A stretch of DNA of 64,000 nt from an uncultured Acetatifactor sp. (GTDB lineage Bacteria > Bacillota > Clostridia > Lachnospirales > Lachnospiraceae), in assembly GCA_910585425.1 (NCBI GenBank), contig CAJUCP010000015.1, positions 39,307-103,306 of the forward strand, in the 5' to 3' direction. The notes below the pieces were generated by a model. That model was not told the DNA's origin and searched no databases. It was given only the letters and a program-made list of their open reading frames with translations. Below are positions 1-8,805 of the stretch, piece by piece. Both the position numbers and the translations under genes were made by a program. How positions within the stretch are numbered: position 1 is the first letter of the stretch; each line of letters opens with the position of its first letter.

Positions 1-1
1 C

Positions 2-2641
2 CAGAAGAAGCTGGTGCGGGGCGCGGCTTCCGGCTATTCTTCCTATGGCAACCAGATCGGCCTGGCCACGGGCTTCGTGAAGGAAATCTACCATCCCGAC
101 TATGTGGCAAAGCGCATGGAGATTGGCGCCGTCATGGGCGCTGCCCCCAGGAAGAACGTCATCCGGGAGACCTCGGATCCGGGGGACATCATCATCCTCT
201 TAGGCGGGCGCACCGGACGGGACGGCTGCGGCGGGGCCACCGGCTCCTCCAAGGTACATACGGAGCAGTCCATCGAGACCTGCGGCGCGGAGGTGCAGAA
301 GGGAAATGCCCCCACGGAGCGCAAGATCCAGAGGCTGTTCCGCAGGGAGGAGGTCAGCCGCATCATCAAGAAGTGCAACGACTTCGGCGCGGGCGGGGTG
401 TCCGTGGCCATCGGCGAGCTGGCGGACGGCCTGCGGGTGGACCTGGACAAGGTGCCCAAGAAATACGCGGGCTTAGACGGCACGGAGCTGGCCATCTCCG
501 AGTCCCAGGAGCGCATGGCCGTGGTGGTGGATCCGAAGGATGTGGATGCCTTCCTGAAGTATGCCGGGGAGGAGAACCTGGAGGCCGTGGCTGTGGCCGT
601 GGTGACAGAGGAGCCCAGGCTGGTGCTGAGCTGGCGGGGGAAGGAAATCGTGAACCTGAAGCGGGCCTTCCTGGACACCAACGGCGCGCACCAGGAGACC
701 AGGGTGAAGGTGGACATCCCGGACGAAAAAGAGAATTATTTCAAACGTTATTCCGTTCCTGCGGTGCAGGAGGCTCTGGAAAAGAAGGACGTGAGGGCCG
801 CATGGCTGGCGCTTTTGAACGATTTGAACGTATGCTCCCAGAAGGGCCTGGTGGAGATGTTCGACGGCTCCATCGGCGTGGGCAGCGTGCTGATGCCCTA
901 CGGCGGGAAGCATCAGCTCACGGAGACCCAGGCCATGGTGGCCAAGCTTCCCGTGCTGAAGGGCAGGACGGATACCGTCACCATGATGGGCTACGGCTTC
1001 GACCCCTGCCTGTCCTCCTGGAGCCCTTACCACGGCGCGGTGTACGCGGTGGTGGAGTCCATGGCGAAGATCGTGGCAAGCGGCGGCGACGCCTCTAAGA
1101 TAAGGTTCACCTTCCAGGAATATTTCCGCAGGATGACGGAAGACCCTTCCCGGTGGAGCCAGCCCTTTGCGGCGCTGCTGGGGGCCTATGACGCCCAGAT
1201 CGGCTTCGGCCTGCCCTCCATCGGCGGCAAGGACAGCATGTCCGGCACCTTCAACGATATCGATGTGCCGCCTACGCTGGTGTCCTTTGCCGTGGATATC
1301 GCAAAGCAAGGGGATATCGTGACGCCGGAGCTGAAGGAGGCGGGGCATGTGCTGGTTCGCTTCCGGATAGAGAAGGATGATTTCCAGATTCCCGTGTATG
1401 ACGAGACGGCGGCGCTCTACGGCTATATCCATGGCCTGACAGGCAGCGGAGCGGCCGTGGCGGCCTATGCCCTGGATGCCAGAGGCGCGGCTGCGGCAGT
1501 GGCCAAGATGGCATTCGGAAATAAGCTGGGCGTGGCCATCGACAGCCAGGTCACGGAAGCGGACCTGTTCGGGAACGCTTTGGGAGACATCCTGATAGAG
1601 ACGGCCCGGGAGAATGTGGCCGGGCTGCTGGAGTCCGGATTCGACTGTGCCGTCGTGGGTACGGTGACGCAGGAGCCTGTCTTCACATACGGCGATGTGC
1701 GGATCGACATGGAGGAGGCGCTTGCGGCCTGGACTTCCAGGCTGGAGAAGGTGTATCCCACCAAGGCGGTGCAGGGGAGCGCGCCTGTGGACAGCAAGTG
1801 CTTTAAAGCGGAGAGCATATACGTCTGTAAGCATAAAGTGGCGCGGCCTACCGTATTCATCCCCGTGTTCCCCGGGACGAACTGCGAGTACGACAGCGGG
1901 AAGGCCTTTGAGCGGGCCGGGGCGGACGTGGTCACGAGGGTGTTCCGGAATCTGAGCGCCCAGGACATCCGGGAATCTGTGGACGAATTTGAAAAGGCCA
2001 TCGCCCAGGCCCAGATCATCATGTTCCCCGGGGGCTTCTCCGCGGGGGACGAGCCGGACGGCAGCGCGAAGTTCTTCGCCACCGCTTTCCAGAACGAGAA
2101 GCTGAAGGAGGCGGTGATGGATTTGCTGAATAAGCGGGACGGCCTGGCCCTGGGGATCTGCAACGGCTTCCAGGCGCTGGTCAAGCTGGGGCTGATGCCT
2201 TACGGCGAGATTGTGGGCCAGAGGGCGGATTCGCCTACGCTGACCTTCAACACGATTAACAGGCATATCTCCAAGATGGTGTATACCAAGGTGGTGTCCA
2301 ATAAATCGCCATGGCTCCAGGGCGCTGAGCTTGGCGGCGTGTACTGCAATCCGGCCTCCCACGGGGAGGGCAGGTTCGTGGCGCCGAAGGAGTGGATAGA
2401 CAGGCTCTTCGCGGAGGGCCAGGTGGCTACACAATACTGCGACCAGGAGGGCAATGTGTCCATGGACGAGGAGTACAATATCAACGGCTCCTACGCGGCT
2501 ATCGAGGGCATCACCTCCCCTGACGGAAGGTGCCTGGGCAAGATGGCGCACTCCGAGAGGCGGGACAGCGCTGTGGCCATGAATATCTATGGAAATCAGG
2601 ATATACGTATTTTCGAGTCTGGAGTGTCGTATTTTAGATAA
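2..2641 (+). CDS. purL: Phosphoribosylformylglycinamidine (FGAM) synthase, large fused PurL type, C-terminal ~875 aa; the 5' end lies outside the window
   Basis: The ORF is open to the left window edge. It has AIR-synthase-like repeats (GYSSYGNQIGL, GGKDSMSG). A class-I glutamine amidotransferase domain follows, with nucleophile elbow LGICNGFQAL and HGEGRF. Confidence 0.9.
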   Translation, partial: QKKLVRGAASGYSSYGNQIGLATGFVKEIYHPDYVAKRMEIGAVMGAAPRKNVIRETSDPGDIIILLGGRTGRDGCGGATGSSKVHTEQSIETCGAEVQKGNAPTERKIQRLFRREEVSRIIKKCNDFGAGGVSVAIGELADGLRVDLDKVPKKYAGLDGTELAISESQERMAVVVDPKDVDAFLKYAGEENLEAVAVAVVTEEPRLVLSWRGKEIVNLKRAFLDTNGAHQETRVKVDIPDEKENYFKRYSVPAVQEALEKKDVRAAWLALLNDLNVCSQKGLVEMFDGSIGVGSVLMPYGGKHQLTETQAMVAKLPVLKGRTDTVTMMGYGFDPCLSSWSPYHGAVYAVVESMAKIVASGGDASKIRFTFQEYFRRMTEDPSRWSQPFAALLGAYDAQIGFGLPSIGGKDSMSGTFNDIDVPPTLVSFAVDIAKQGDIVTPELKEAGHVLVRFRIEKDDFQIPVYDETAALYGYIHGLTGSGAAVAAYALDARGAAAAVAKMAFGNKLGVAIDSQVTEADLFGNALGDILIETARENVAGLLESGFDCAVVGTVTQEPVFTYGDVRIDMEEALAAWTSRLEKVYPTKAVQGSAPVDSKCFKAESIYVCKHKVARPTVFIPVFPGTNCEYDSGKAFERAGADVVTRVFRNLSAQDIRESVDEFEKAIAQAQIIMFPGGFSAGDEPDGSAKFFATAFQNEKLKEAVMDLLNKRDGLALGICNGFQALVKLGLMPYGEIVGQRADSPTLTFNTINRHISKMVYTKVVSNKSPWLQGAELGGVYCNPASHGEGRFVAPKEWIDRLFAEGQVATQYCDQEGNVSMDEEYNINGSYAAIEGITSPDGRCLGKMAHSERRDSAVAMNIYGNQDIRIFESGVSYFR

Positions 2642-2666
2642 TAAAAAGACCTGTCCCCAGGCACCC

Positions 2667-2689
2667 CCGAATAGCCTGTGAGGGCAATC
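2667..2689 (+). repeat. Left copy of the 23-bp direct repeat CCGAATAGCCTGTGAGGGCAATC
   Basis: It matches 9152-9174 at 22 of 23 positions in the same orientation. It lies 26 nt after the purL stop. Confidence 0.8.
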
Positions 2690-2724
2690 TGGGATAGCCC
2701 CAGAAAGGGAATAGAGTAAGTTCA

Positions 2725-2770
2725 AATGACCTTGTAGAGAGGAGATATCCTTTCTATGAGGTCATTTTTC
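2725..2770 (+). terminator. Rho-independent terminator downstream of purL
   Basis: Long imperfect hairpin AATGACCT-TG-TAGAGAGGA / TCCTTTCTA-TG-AGGTCATT with loop GATA, running into TTTTT. Confidence 0.7.
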
Positions 2771-2875
2771 GTTATAGGGATGTAGAGAGAGCCTTGCCCC
2801 CCAGTGATATGTGAGCTTGTATTTTGAGATTCCTCTTTCTTTCATGGTAGACCATAGCGGTTCATACGAAATCAT
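2762..2875 (-). pseudogene. Truncated relic (37 codons) of an XRE-type HTH regulator gene, paralogous to the 5309-5581 gene
   Basis: It translates to MISYEPLWSTMKERGISKYKLTYHWG, then unrelated residues and a stop. The first 26 codons align with MISYEPLWSTMEKRGITKYQLIYHWG of the intact gene. It is too short to form an HTH domain. Confidence 0.55.
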
Positions 2876-3029
2876 GTATATCCCCCCTTTCCTGTCAGGG
2901 TTTCCAGTATCTTATATGTTCATTTCAGTATCAATTTAAAATATTATACATACATTATAATTAATGGGGGTTATAAATTGAATATAGTTCTTGCAAAGGG
3001 GTGGTAGGTGAGATATAATGCTGTAGGGG
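2797..3029. repeat. Copy A of a diverged regulator-5'-end plus divergent-promoter module (partner at 5504-5730)
   Basis: Hand alignment shows homologous coding 5' ends and an AT-rich block (2921-2963) that matches 5620-5662 at 34 of 43 positions. Both copies carry TTGC..-17-TATAAT..TAGGGG promoters. Similarity is weaker in the stretch between the block and the promoter. Confidence 0.6.
2991..3019 (+). promoter_or_regulatory. Sigma-A type promoter facing the lipoprotein gene
   Basis: TTGCAA (2991-2996), a 17-nt spacer, then TATAAT (3014-3019). Confidence 0.5.
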
Positions 3030-3150
3030 TATATGGAATATGCAATTCATATATAAGCGGATTCCCGATTGCTTATGGACAGGGACATATCCCCAGACAA
3101 AATACATAAGGACAGGATAGCAGATATTCCTGTATATGAGGAGGAAGAAA

Positions 3151-3963
3151 ATGAAAAAGAGAGTTGTGATTGCTTTGCTGACAGGATTGGTCATTGCATC
3201 CCTTGCAGGGTGTGGAACAAAGACAGAGGCAACAGGCCAGGAGGTTCCTGAAAGCAGTAGTGCTGTTGAAAGTGAAGCAGAGGCAGATGGTTCAGTTGCT
3301 GATGAAAGCACAAGTGAAGAAGTTATTGGAGATGATGCTGATGAGCCGAGTGATTTTGCTGGTGCAGAGAACGAGAGCATTGTTCTGTATGCGGAGATTG
3401 AGAAGTATCCGAGTCTTTCACCGTTAAAGGATTTAGAGTATGAATCTGCAAATGGAATTCTTGATGCAGCAGAGGATATAGTCATCTACAATGGAGATGG
3501 GTTTGAAGTTGGATATATCAAAAGTGGTTCTACTATTTTAGTAACGGAATATGGTTTAAATGCTTTAGCAAGATTCAAAAACCCCATTGATGGAACAGAT
3601 TACGATTACTTGTATGTGACAAAGGACTATATAAGAGATGGCGATTTAGTTGCACTTACCACTACAGAGCTTGAAACAATGATTAAAGAAAGCCTTGGAA
3701 ACCGCAACTATGATGCTCCTGTATTTGCAGAACCTACAGAGGATATGGAGTTGTATGAATTCAGGATTCCTATGTATTATGATCCTGAGACAGACACACC
3801 TGTCTACTGGGTATATGAATATTATGATAGGGCAGATGTTTCAATCCTGTCGCATAAAACCTATTCTGTAGCCTGTACAGAAGATACAGATGATTACATT
3901 ATCTGTCAGATTTACTATAAGGACTTGATTACAGATGAAGAATTCAATAACTATGGGCATTGA
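3151..3963 (+). CDS. Lipoprotein of unknown function
   Basis: Signal peptide plus lipobox, MKKRVVIALLTGLVIASLAGC. RBS GAGGAGGA lies just upstream; the ORF-track ATG at 3136 is part of that RBS. An acidic low-complexity linker is followed by a globular part. The gene is AT-richer than its neighbours. Confidence 0.75.
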   Translation: MKKRVVIALLTGLVIASLAGCGTKTEATGQEVPESSSAVESEAEADGSVADESTSEEVIGDDADEPSDFAGAENESIVLYAEIEKYPSLSPLKDLEYESANGILDAAEDIVIYNGDGFEVGYIKSGSTILVTEYGLNALARFKNPIDGTDYDYLYVTKDYIRDGDLVALTTTELETMIKESLGNRNYDAPVFAEPTEDMELYEFRIPMYYDPETDTPVYWVYEYYDRADVSILSHKTYSVACTEDTDDYIICQIYYKDLITDEEFNNYGH

Positions 3964-4285
3964 TATGAATGGTCTGGAGGTTGTGGAAACAAAAATGCAG
4001 AAGAAGCAACAATGGACACAAATGTCGTAAACAGTTCTGTTTCAGAAGAGGAACAGATAAAAGAAAATGAAACAGAAGAAACACAGTCTTTTACATCTGT
4101 GAAAGAGGAAATGAAACGAGCAAGCCGCATGAGCAATAGCTGTAATAGGATCAGGAATCTAAAAGAATGATTCCTGGTTCTTCTTTTTGCTGATTTTAGA
4201 ACTTTTTGTGAAACCTTTCGAAGCTTCCCATGCTCCCTTATACAAAGAAAAGGAACGAGTTCATTTCAGGAGGGAGAGATTCTTT

Positions 4286-4819
4286 GTGGACGGAAGAAAA
4301 TTATCAGGGATGCTCCATGAAATTCTGCAGTCCGGTTTTTTTCTGGAAAGCTGCAGCTTTACAGGACAACAGCTAAGGGCAGGGGACCACCGGGCCTGCC
4401 TTTTGCAGAGCATGATGCTCCTGGACGCCAGATATGTGCCAGGCTTTGTGCTGAGCGGTTTTTCGGAGGATTCCGTATCGGAGTATGCGCGGAGCATACG
4501 GGAGGTTTACGGCGACAAACAGAGCAACATGCTCAGATCCGTAATCCAATACCTGACGGATGCCTTTCCGGAGAGGAATCGGCATCTGAAAAAAATCAGC
4601 ATTCCTATTGTGGCCTACATTGCGGATATGGCAATGGACGAGGGGATAGAGCCCCTGTCCTTCAGGCGGTGGTGGGACTTCTTTACCCAGGAGGATCCCC
4701 TGTTTGAGGCCTACAGGACATTCTGCGGCAGCGGCTCCGGGGAGCGGGAAAAAATCTACGGGAGGCTGGCAGTCATGGCAAAGAGCTTTGCCGCTTACCA
4801 CGGAATCAAGAGCCCATAA
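4286..4819 (+). CDS. Hypothetical protein; start uncertain
   Basis: This is the 4187-4819 ORF. An in-frame GTG at 4286 lies 9 nt after AGGAGGGAG, whereas the TTG at 4187 has no RBS. I recognise no family. Confidence 0.45.
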   Translation: MDGRKLSGMLHEILQSGFFLESCSFTGQQLRAGDHRACLLQSMMLLDARYVPGFVLSGFSEDSVSEYARSIREVYGDKQSNMLRSVIQYLTDAFPERNRHLKKISIPIVAYIADMAMDEGIEPLSFRRWWDFFTQEDPLFEAYRTFCGSGSGEREKIYGRLAVMAKSFAAYHGIKSP

Positions 4820-4938
4820 AAAATTTTTAAAAAACCTAAAAAAATTGAATTTAGGTGAAACCTTTTTGAGAAAGGGATGCTCCCTTATATAACAGGATGA
4901 AAAACCTGAAAAAACGAACAGAGAAAAGGAGAAAAATC

Positions 4939-5343
4939 ATGTTACCATTTATGAAAAGCGACATCGGGACAGTAAAGCAGAGGATAAGGAAACCAGCAAT
5001 CACGGCAGGCCTGTTCTTCGGGGTGCTGCTGCTGGATGTGATATTCAGGCAGCACCGGTTGGGATATTTTCTGACCCACGAGCTCCTGGGCTCCATCTTG
5101 ACAAGCTTCATGATAGGAGGCCTCTGGTATGGGAAAAGGGTCATGGCAGAGGTGGGGAGAGCGCCCGTCGATGAAGAGACAGGCGAAGAGCTGCATCCCG
5201 GCGGCTTCAACGGAAGCGCATTCCGGCTGGCTGTGGCGATACTCGTGGGGGCTACGGTAGGGGCCGTGTTTTTCGCTGTCGATACCATAAGGCTGATATG
5301 CAGAGTTTTCACTTTTTCCGAATCTTTTTCCGGAGATTGCTGA
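4939..5343 (+). CDS. Small membrane protein, about 3 predicted TM segments, unknown function
   Basis: ATG at 4939 follows AAAGGAGAAAAATC. Hydrophobic stretches are ITAGLFFGVLLLDVIF, LGSILTSFMIGGLWY and LAVAILVGATVGAVFFAV. The 3' end overlaps the convergent HTH gene by 35 nt. Confidence 0.5.
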   Translation: MLPFMKSDIGTVKQRIRKPAITAGLFFGVLLLDVIFRQHRLGYFLTHELLGSILTSFMIGGLWYGKRVMAEVGRAPVDEETGEELHPGGFNGSAFRLAVAILVGATVGAVFFAVDTIRLICRVFTFSESFSGDC

Positions 5344-5581
5344 TTTCCGCTTTCCGCTGGTTTACGGATGCCGATTCGTCTTCCGTTGCATGGAACCGCA
5401 GGATGTCCTCTACCCCGCAGTCCAGGATCAGGCACAATTCGTTCAGAGTGTTGGAGCTTATGGGTTCCCCGTGCCCCATCCTCCGCAAGGTATTGCTGCT
5501 CATCCCCCAATGGTAGATAAGCTGGTACTTGGTGATGCCGCGCTTTTCCATGGTAGACCATAATGGCTCATAAGAAATCAT
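5309..5581 (-). CDS. XRE/Cro-type helix-turn-helix transcriptional regulator (~90 aa)
   Basis: HTH pattern KRGITKYQLIYHWGMSSNTLRRMGHGEPISSNTLNELCLIL. GGAGG lies 9 nt before the ATG at 5581. The ATG at 5587 is an alternative start. Confidence 0.75.
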   Translation of the reverse strand: MISYEPLWSTMEKRGITKYQLIYHWGMSSNTLRRMGHGEPISSNTLNELCLILDCGVEDILRFHATEDESASVNQRKAEISNLRKKIRKK

Positions 5582-5730
5582 TTCCATAGACCTCCGGGTG
5601 CAGTGAATTTTTACAGCTTCATTTTAGTATCAATATAAAATATTGCCAATTCATTATATTTTATACATGCTATTTATTGCTTATATACCCACTTGCGCCG
5701 TATGGCAAGGCGCGCTATAATCTATAGGGG
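5504..5730. repeat. Copy B of the regulator-5'-end plus divergent-promoter module (partner at 2797-3029)
   Basis: See copy A. In the coding part most differences are synonymous third-position changes. Confidence 0.6.
5693..5721 (+). promoter_or_regulatory. Sigma-A type promoter facing the sigma-fusion gene
   Basis: TTGCGC (5693-5698), a 17-nt spacer, then TATAAT (5716-5721). Confidence 0.45.
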
Positions 5731-5844
5731 CAGTAAGGAACTGCCAATTCCCAGCAGCGCCCCTGTCATCATCGTGGCGGCGGTGGCCGTGCTGGCAGCG
5801 GCAGCAGGATAAGAACCATACTACATTATGAGGGAGAGGATTTT

Positions 5845-8778
5845 ATGGAACCGACAAAGGAATTGAAACAGGCAGTGAGGAGCTACAGAGAGGGAAACAA
5901 ACAGGCCTTCACCATGCTCTATGAGGAATCCAGTAAGTATGTCTACACCTGTATCTATAAGGTCATGGGCGGCAATGACAATGCCCAGGATACGGTCTGC
6001 GACATCATGCAGGACACCTATGTGGAAATCAGCAAGAAAATCGACCAGCTGGGCGATGAGGACAGCTTCCTCTCCTGGGCGGGGACCATCGCCACCAGGA
6101 AGTGCTACGCATGGCTGAAGAAGAACAAAAAGTACGTGCTCCTGAACGAGGAGGACGACACTTTTGTAAACCTTGCGGACGATGACGACATCATCCCGGA
6201 AGGAATCATGCAGGACAGGGAAAAACAGCGACTGGTCAGGGAAATCATCGACACCCGGCTCACTCAGATGCAGAAGCTCTGCATCATCGCGTATTACTAC
6301 AACGAGCAGAAGCAGTCGGAGATCGCAAAGGAGCTGGGCATTCCGGAGAACACGGTGAAGACCAACTTGTCCAGGGCAAAGGCGAAGATCAAAGACGGCG
6401 TGCTGAATCTGGAGAAGAGGCAGGGCACAAGGCTCTACAGCGCGGCCCCGGTGCTGCTGGTGCTTTTCCAGGAGGACGTCTCCGCCTGTGCCGTGCCCGT
6501 GTCCGTCACGGCAGCCGTGCAGGGTTCTGTGGCTGCGGCCGGGAAAATGGGGATGAAGCATCTGCTCGGGAAAATGGCGGAGGCGTCCGCAAAGGCAAAG
6601 GTGACCGCTGGAGCCGTAGGCGCCGGGGCGGTGATCGCCGTGGGCACCGCCGCCTATGTGGCCATGCAGGACAAGGGGGAATCCTGGGAGGAAGAGTTCC
6701 GGGATTATCTGCTTAGAAGCGACAGGGCAGCAGGATTCGACTTAAATGATTTTGAGGAGGACGGGATACCGGAGCTGATCGTGCTGAACCAGGACGGATC
6801 CATATCGATACGCTACAGTGATGTGTATGAGGAGCCCACCGCCTTTGAGTTTGACGCTGTGGAAGAAGTAGATCTTCCTGGCTTCCAAGAAAAAAAGGTC
6901 TATCACTATGGATATGACGTGAACGTGGACCGTATATTGAGGCTGTGCGAGACGCTTGCCACCACTGAGAGCGGGCAAGAGGGCTATAACCATGGATTTG
7001 CCTCTACAGAGTTCCAAAATGGAGAGTGTGAAATCAAGGAGGCGATTACCTGCGTCTTTGAGGCGGATACCCACCCGATCAGCTGGAGCTATGACCGCAT
7101 AGGGTTGGAGGGGGAAGTAAAGATTCCCCAGCTGTTCGCGGATGGCTATACCCATGAAGCATATCAGAGATTCAATGTGATAGAGTACACGGACATCACG
7201 AAGCGGGACATTGATGAGAGGTTCCGGGAGTTCAAGGAAAATGGCAATCGGGAAAGGGCATGGAACGATGACAGTGACGAAGTCATGGAGAGCTTGAATA
7301 TGATGCAGGAGCCGGGGGCTCTGGAGGAGAGGATGGATGACTCGGCCATTGTGGAGATATACAATCAGATGTCCTATGATGATGCTGTGGAATTCCTGAA
7401 ATCCCAAAAATCTTCAGGATCCCGGGAGAACCGGGAGACGGAAGAGTCCCCGAAGCCGCAGGAAACGCCTGCCGGGGAAACAGAGATTGCTTTGTCTGAG
7501 GACGAGCAGGAAAGTCTGCGGGTGCTGGTAAGCATGATGACGATAAACAGTTACTTTTTTGACGGAGATGTGCATGGGAAATCCTACCCCGTCAGTGACG
7601 TTGATGCCAATATGAGGCTGATTGATATCCTGGGGTGTTTCTCGTTGGGAAATGATTCCTATGGGAGTTATTTACCTGCAATGGCTTCACAGAGCCTGAC
7701 ATTAGAAAAGTTTTTTGACATTGATGATATAAAGTCTTACTTAAATCATGTATTCGGGATAAAGGATGCGGATATCTCCGCATATTGCAAAGGGGACGAT
7801 GTCGTATTGGGCATGGCGATCGACCCGATGATGGAAGAAGAGAACGTGATCGACAGCGCGGTTCTGGTTTCAGAGGGGACGTACAGGATATCCGGCACAT
7901 ATCTTTTTTCGGAAGACGCAGACGTCCCTGAGAATGTATTTCCGTATATCCTTACCATTGCGAAAAACGATGCCAGTCCCTTTGGATTCCAGGTGCTTTC
8001 CATGGAGTTCGGAGAGGAAGCGTCAGGGAATCGCGAAGAGCCGGGGCAGGCATCCGGCGGGGACGGCTCGCTTAGCGATATCCTGCTCAACCCCTCGGGA
8101 AACAGCAGCTATTATCTCCAGGAGATAGAATACGGCAAGCTGTACTTTGCGCTGCTGGATATCGACCAGGATGGGGAAGATGAGATTATGCTCGGGACCA
8201 CCGACACCTTTGACTATTACGAAAAGCCTATCTGGATCACCATATTCAATGTCCTGAAATATGACAGGAGCACAGGGGAGGTGTGGGACTTTGACGGAGA
8301 TAACGTATATCAGCCTCTGGACGCAAATTCCTGGCATTGCTATGACACAGGAATCTTGACCACAATGGCAGAGGCCGGAGAAGGGCATACCTATGCATGG
8401 AACCTGTTGACAGGGGAGTTTACGGAAACAGCGGCGGTGAATCCCGATTATAAAACCCTCACTTCAGGAACCGAAATCCCCATTGTCTGGTATGAGGCAA
8501 ACCAGGGAAATGTGCAGGCAATGATAACGGGCGGAACTATGGAGGCAGTAGATGTCCCCACGCCATACGGAACTTATTCCACCAACAGGGGCGAGAAACT
8601 GGAATTCTCCGATAACGGCACCGTGAGGGTGTCAGAAGGGGGCTCTCATAAGGATTGTGCATTCACCATTGACGGGGAAGGAAATCTGGTGATCGACCCT
8701 GACGGCGAGGCGCTGGAGGGAACCTACAACGCCCAGACCGATATCATTTGGATTGACAACTTGAAGTTCAGGAGATGA
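5845..8778 (+). CDS. Sigma-70 family (ECF-like) sigma factor fused through transmembrane segments to a ~700-aa extracytoplasmic domain
   Basis: Region 2 (DIMQDTYVEISKKI, FLSWAGTIATRKC) and the region 4 HTH (SEIAKELGIPENTVKTNLSRAKAKI) are present. Hydrophobic segments LYSAAPVLLVLF and AGAVGAGAVIAVGTAAYVAM follow. The large C-terminal part has DxDxDG-like motifs. RBS GAGGGAGAGGA. Confidence 0.85.
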   Translation: MEPTKELKQAVRSYREGNKQAFTMLYEESSKYVYTCIYKVMGGNDNAQDTVCDIMQDTYVEISKKIDQLGDEDSFLSWAGTIATRKCYAWLKKNKKYVLLNEEDDTFVNLADDDDIIPEGIMQDREKQRLVREIIDTRLTQMQKLCIIAYYYNEQKQSEIAKELGIPENTVKTNLSRAKAKIKDGVLNLEKRQGTRLYSAAPVLLVLFQEDVSACAVPVSVTAAVQGSVAAAGKMGMKHLLGKMAEASAKAKVTAGAVGAGAVIAVGTAAYVAMQDKGESWEEEFRDYLLRSDRAAGFDLNDFEEDGIPELIVLNQDGSISIRYSDVYEEPTAFEFDAVEEVDLPGFQEKKVYHYGYDVNVDRILRLCETLATTESGQEGYNHGFASTEFQNGECEIKEAITCVFEADTHPISWSYDRIGLEGEVKIPQLFADGYTHEAYQRFNVIEYTDITKRDIDERFREFKENGNRERAWNDDSDEVMESLNMMQEPGALEERMDDSAIVEIYNQMSYDDAVEFLKSQKSSGSRENRETEESPKPQETPAGETEIALSEDEQESLRVLVSMMTINSYFFDGDVHGKSYPVSDVDANMRLIDILGCFSLGNDSYGSYLPAMASQSLTLEKFFDIDDIKSYLNHVFGIKDADISAYCKGDDVVLGMAIDPMMEEENVIDSAVLVSEGTYRISGTYLFSEDADVPENVFPYILTIAKNDASPFGFQVLSMEFGEEASGNREEPGQASGGDGSLSDILLNPSGNSSYYLQEIEYGKLYFALLDIDQDGEDEIMLGTTDTFDYYEKPIWITIFNVLKYDRSTGEVWDFDGDNVYQPLDANSWHCYDTGILTTMAEAGEGHTYAWNLLTGEFTETAAVNPDYKTLTSGTEIPIVWYEANQGNVQAMITGGTMEAVDVPTPYGTYSTNRGEKLEFSDNGTVRVSEGGSHKDCAFTIDGEGNLVIDPDGEALEGTYNAQTDIIWIDNLKFRR

Positions 8779-8805
8779 AGCCTGAAAAAAGAGCGGAGGG
8801 ATAGG

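Noticed and set aside
473-2725. A 750-aa ORF on the minus strand, fully antisense to purL.
   Set aside because: It is a shadow ORF typical of GC-rich coding DNA. Its composition is Arg/His/Gly/Pro/Leu-rich and low-complexity, it has no RBS, and the plus-strand frame has unambiguous PurL motifs.
4012-4170. A 52-codon acidic ORF (MDTNVVNSSVSEEEQIKENETEE...) between the lipoprotein gene and the 4286 gene.
   Set aside because: It has a weak RBS, falls below the ORF-track cutoff, and matches no recognisable family, so the evidence is not enough to call it.
5702-5812. A 36-codon sORF (MARRAIIYRGSKELPIPSSAPVIIVAAVAVLAAAAG) in the leader of the sigma-fusion gene.
   Set aside because: Its ATG lies inside the predicted promoter spacer, upstream of the -10 box, and it has no RBS. 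The hydrophobic tail may be a by-product of GC-rich sequence. It remains unresolved rather than disproved.
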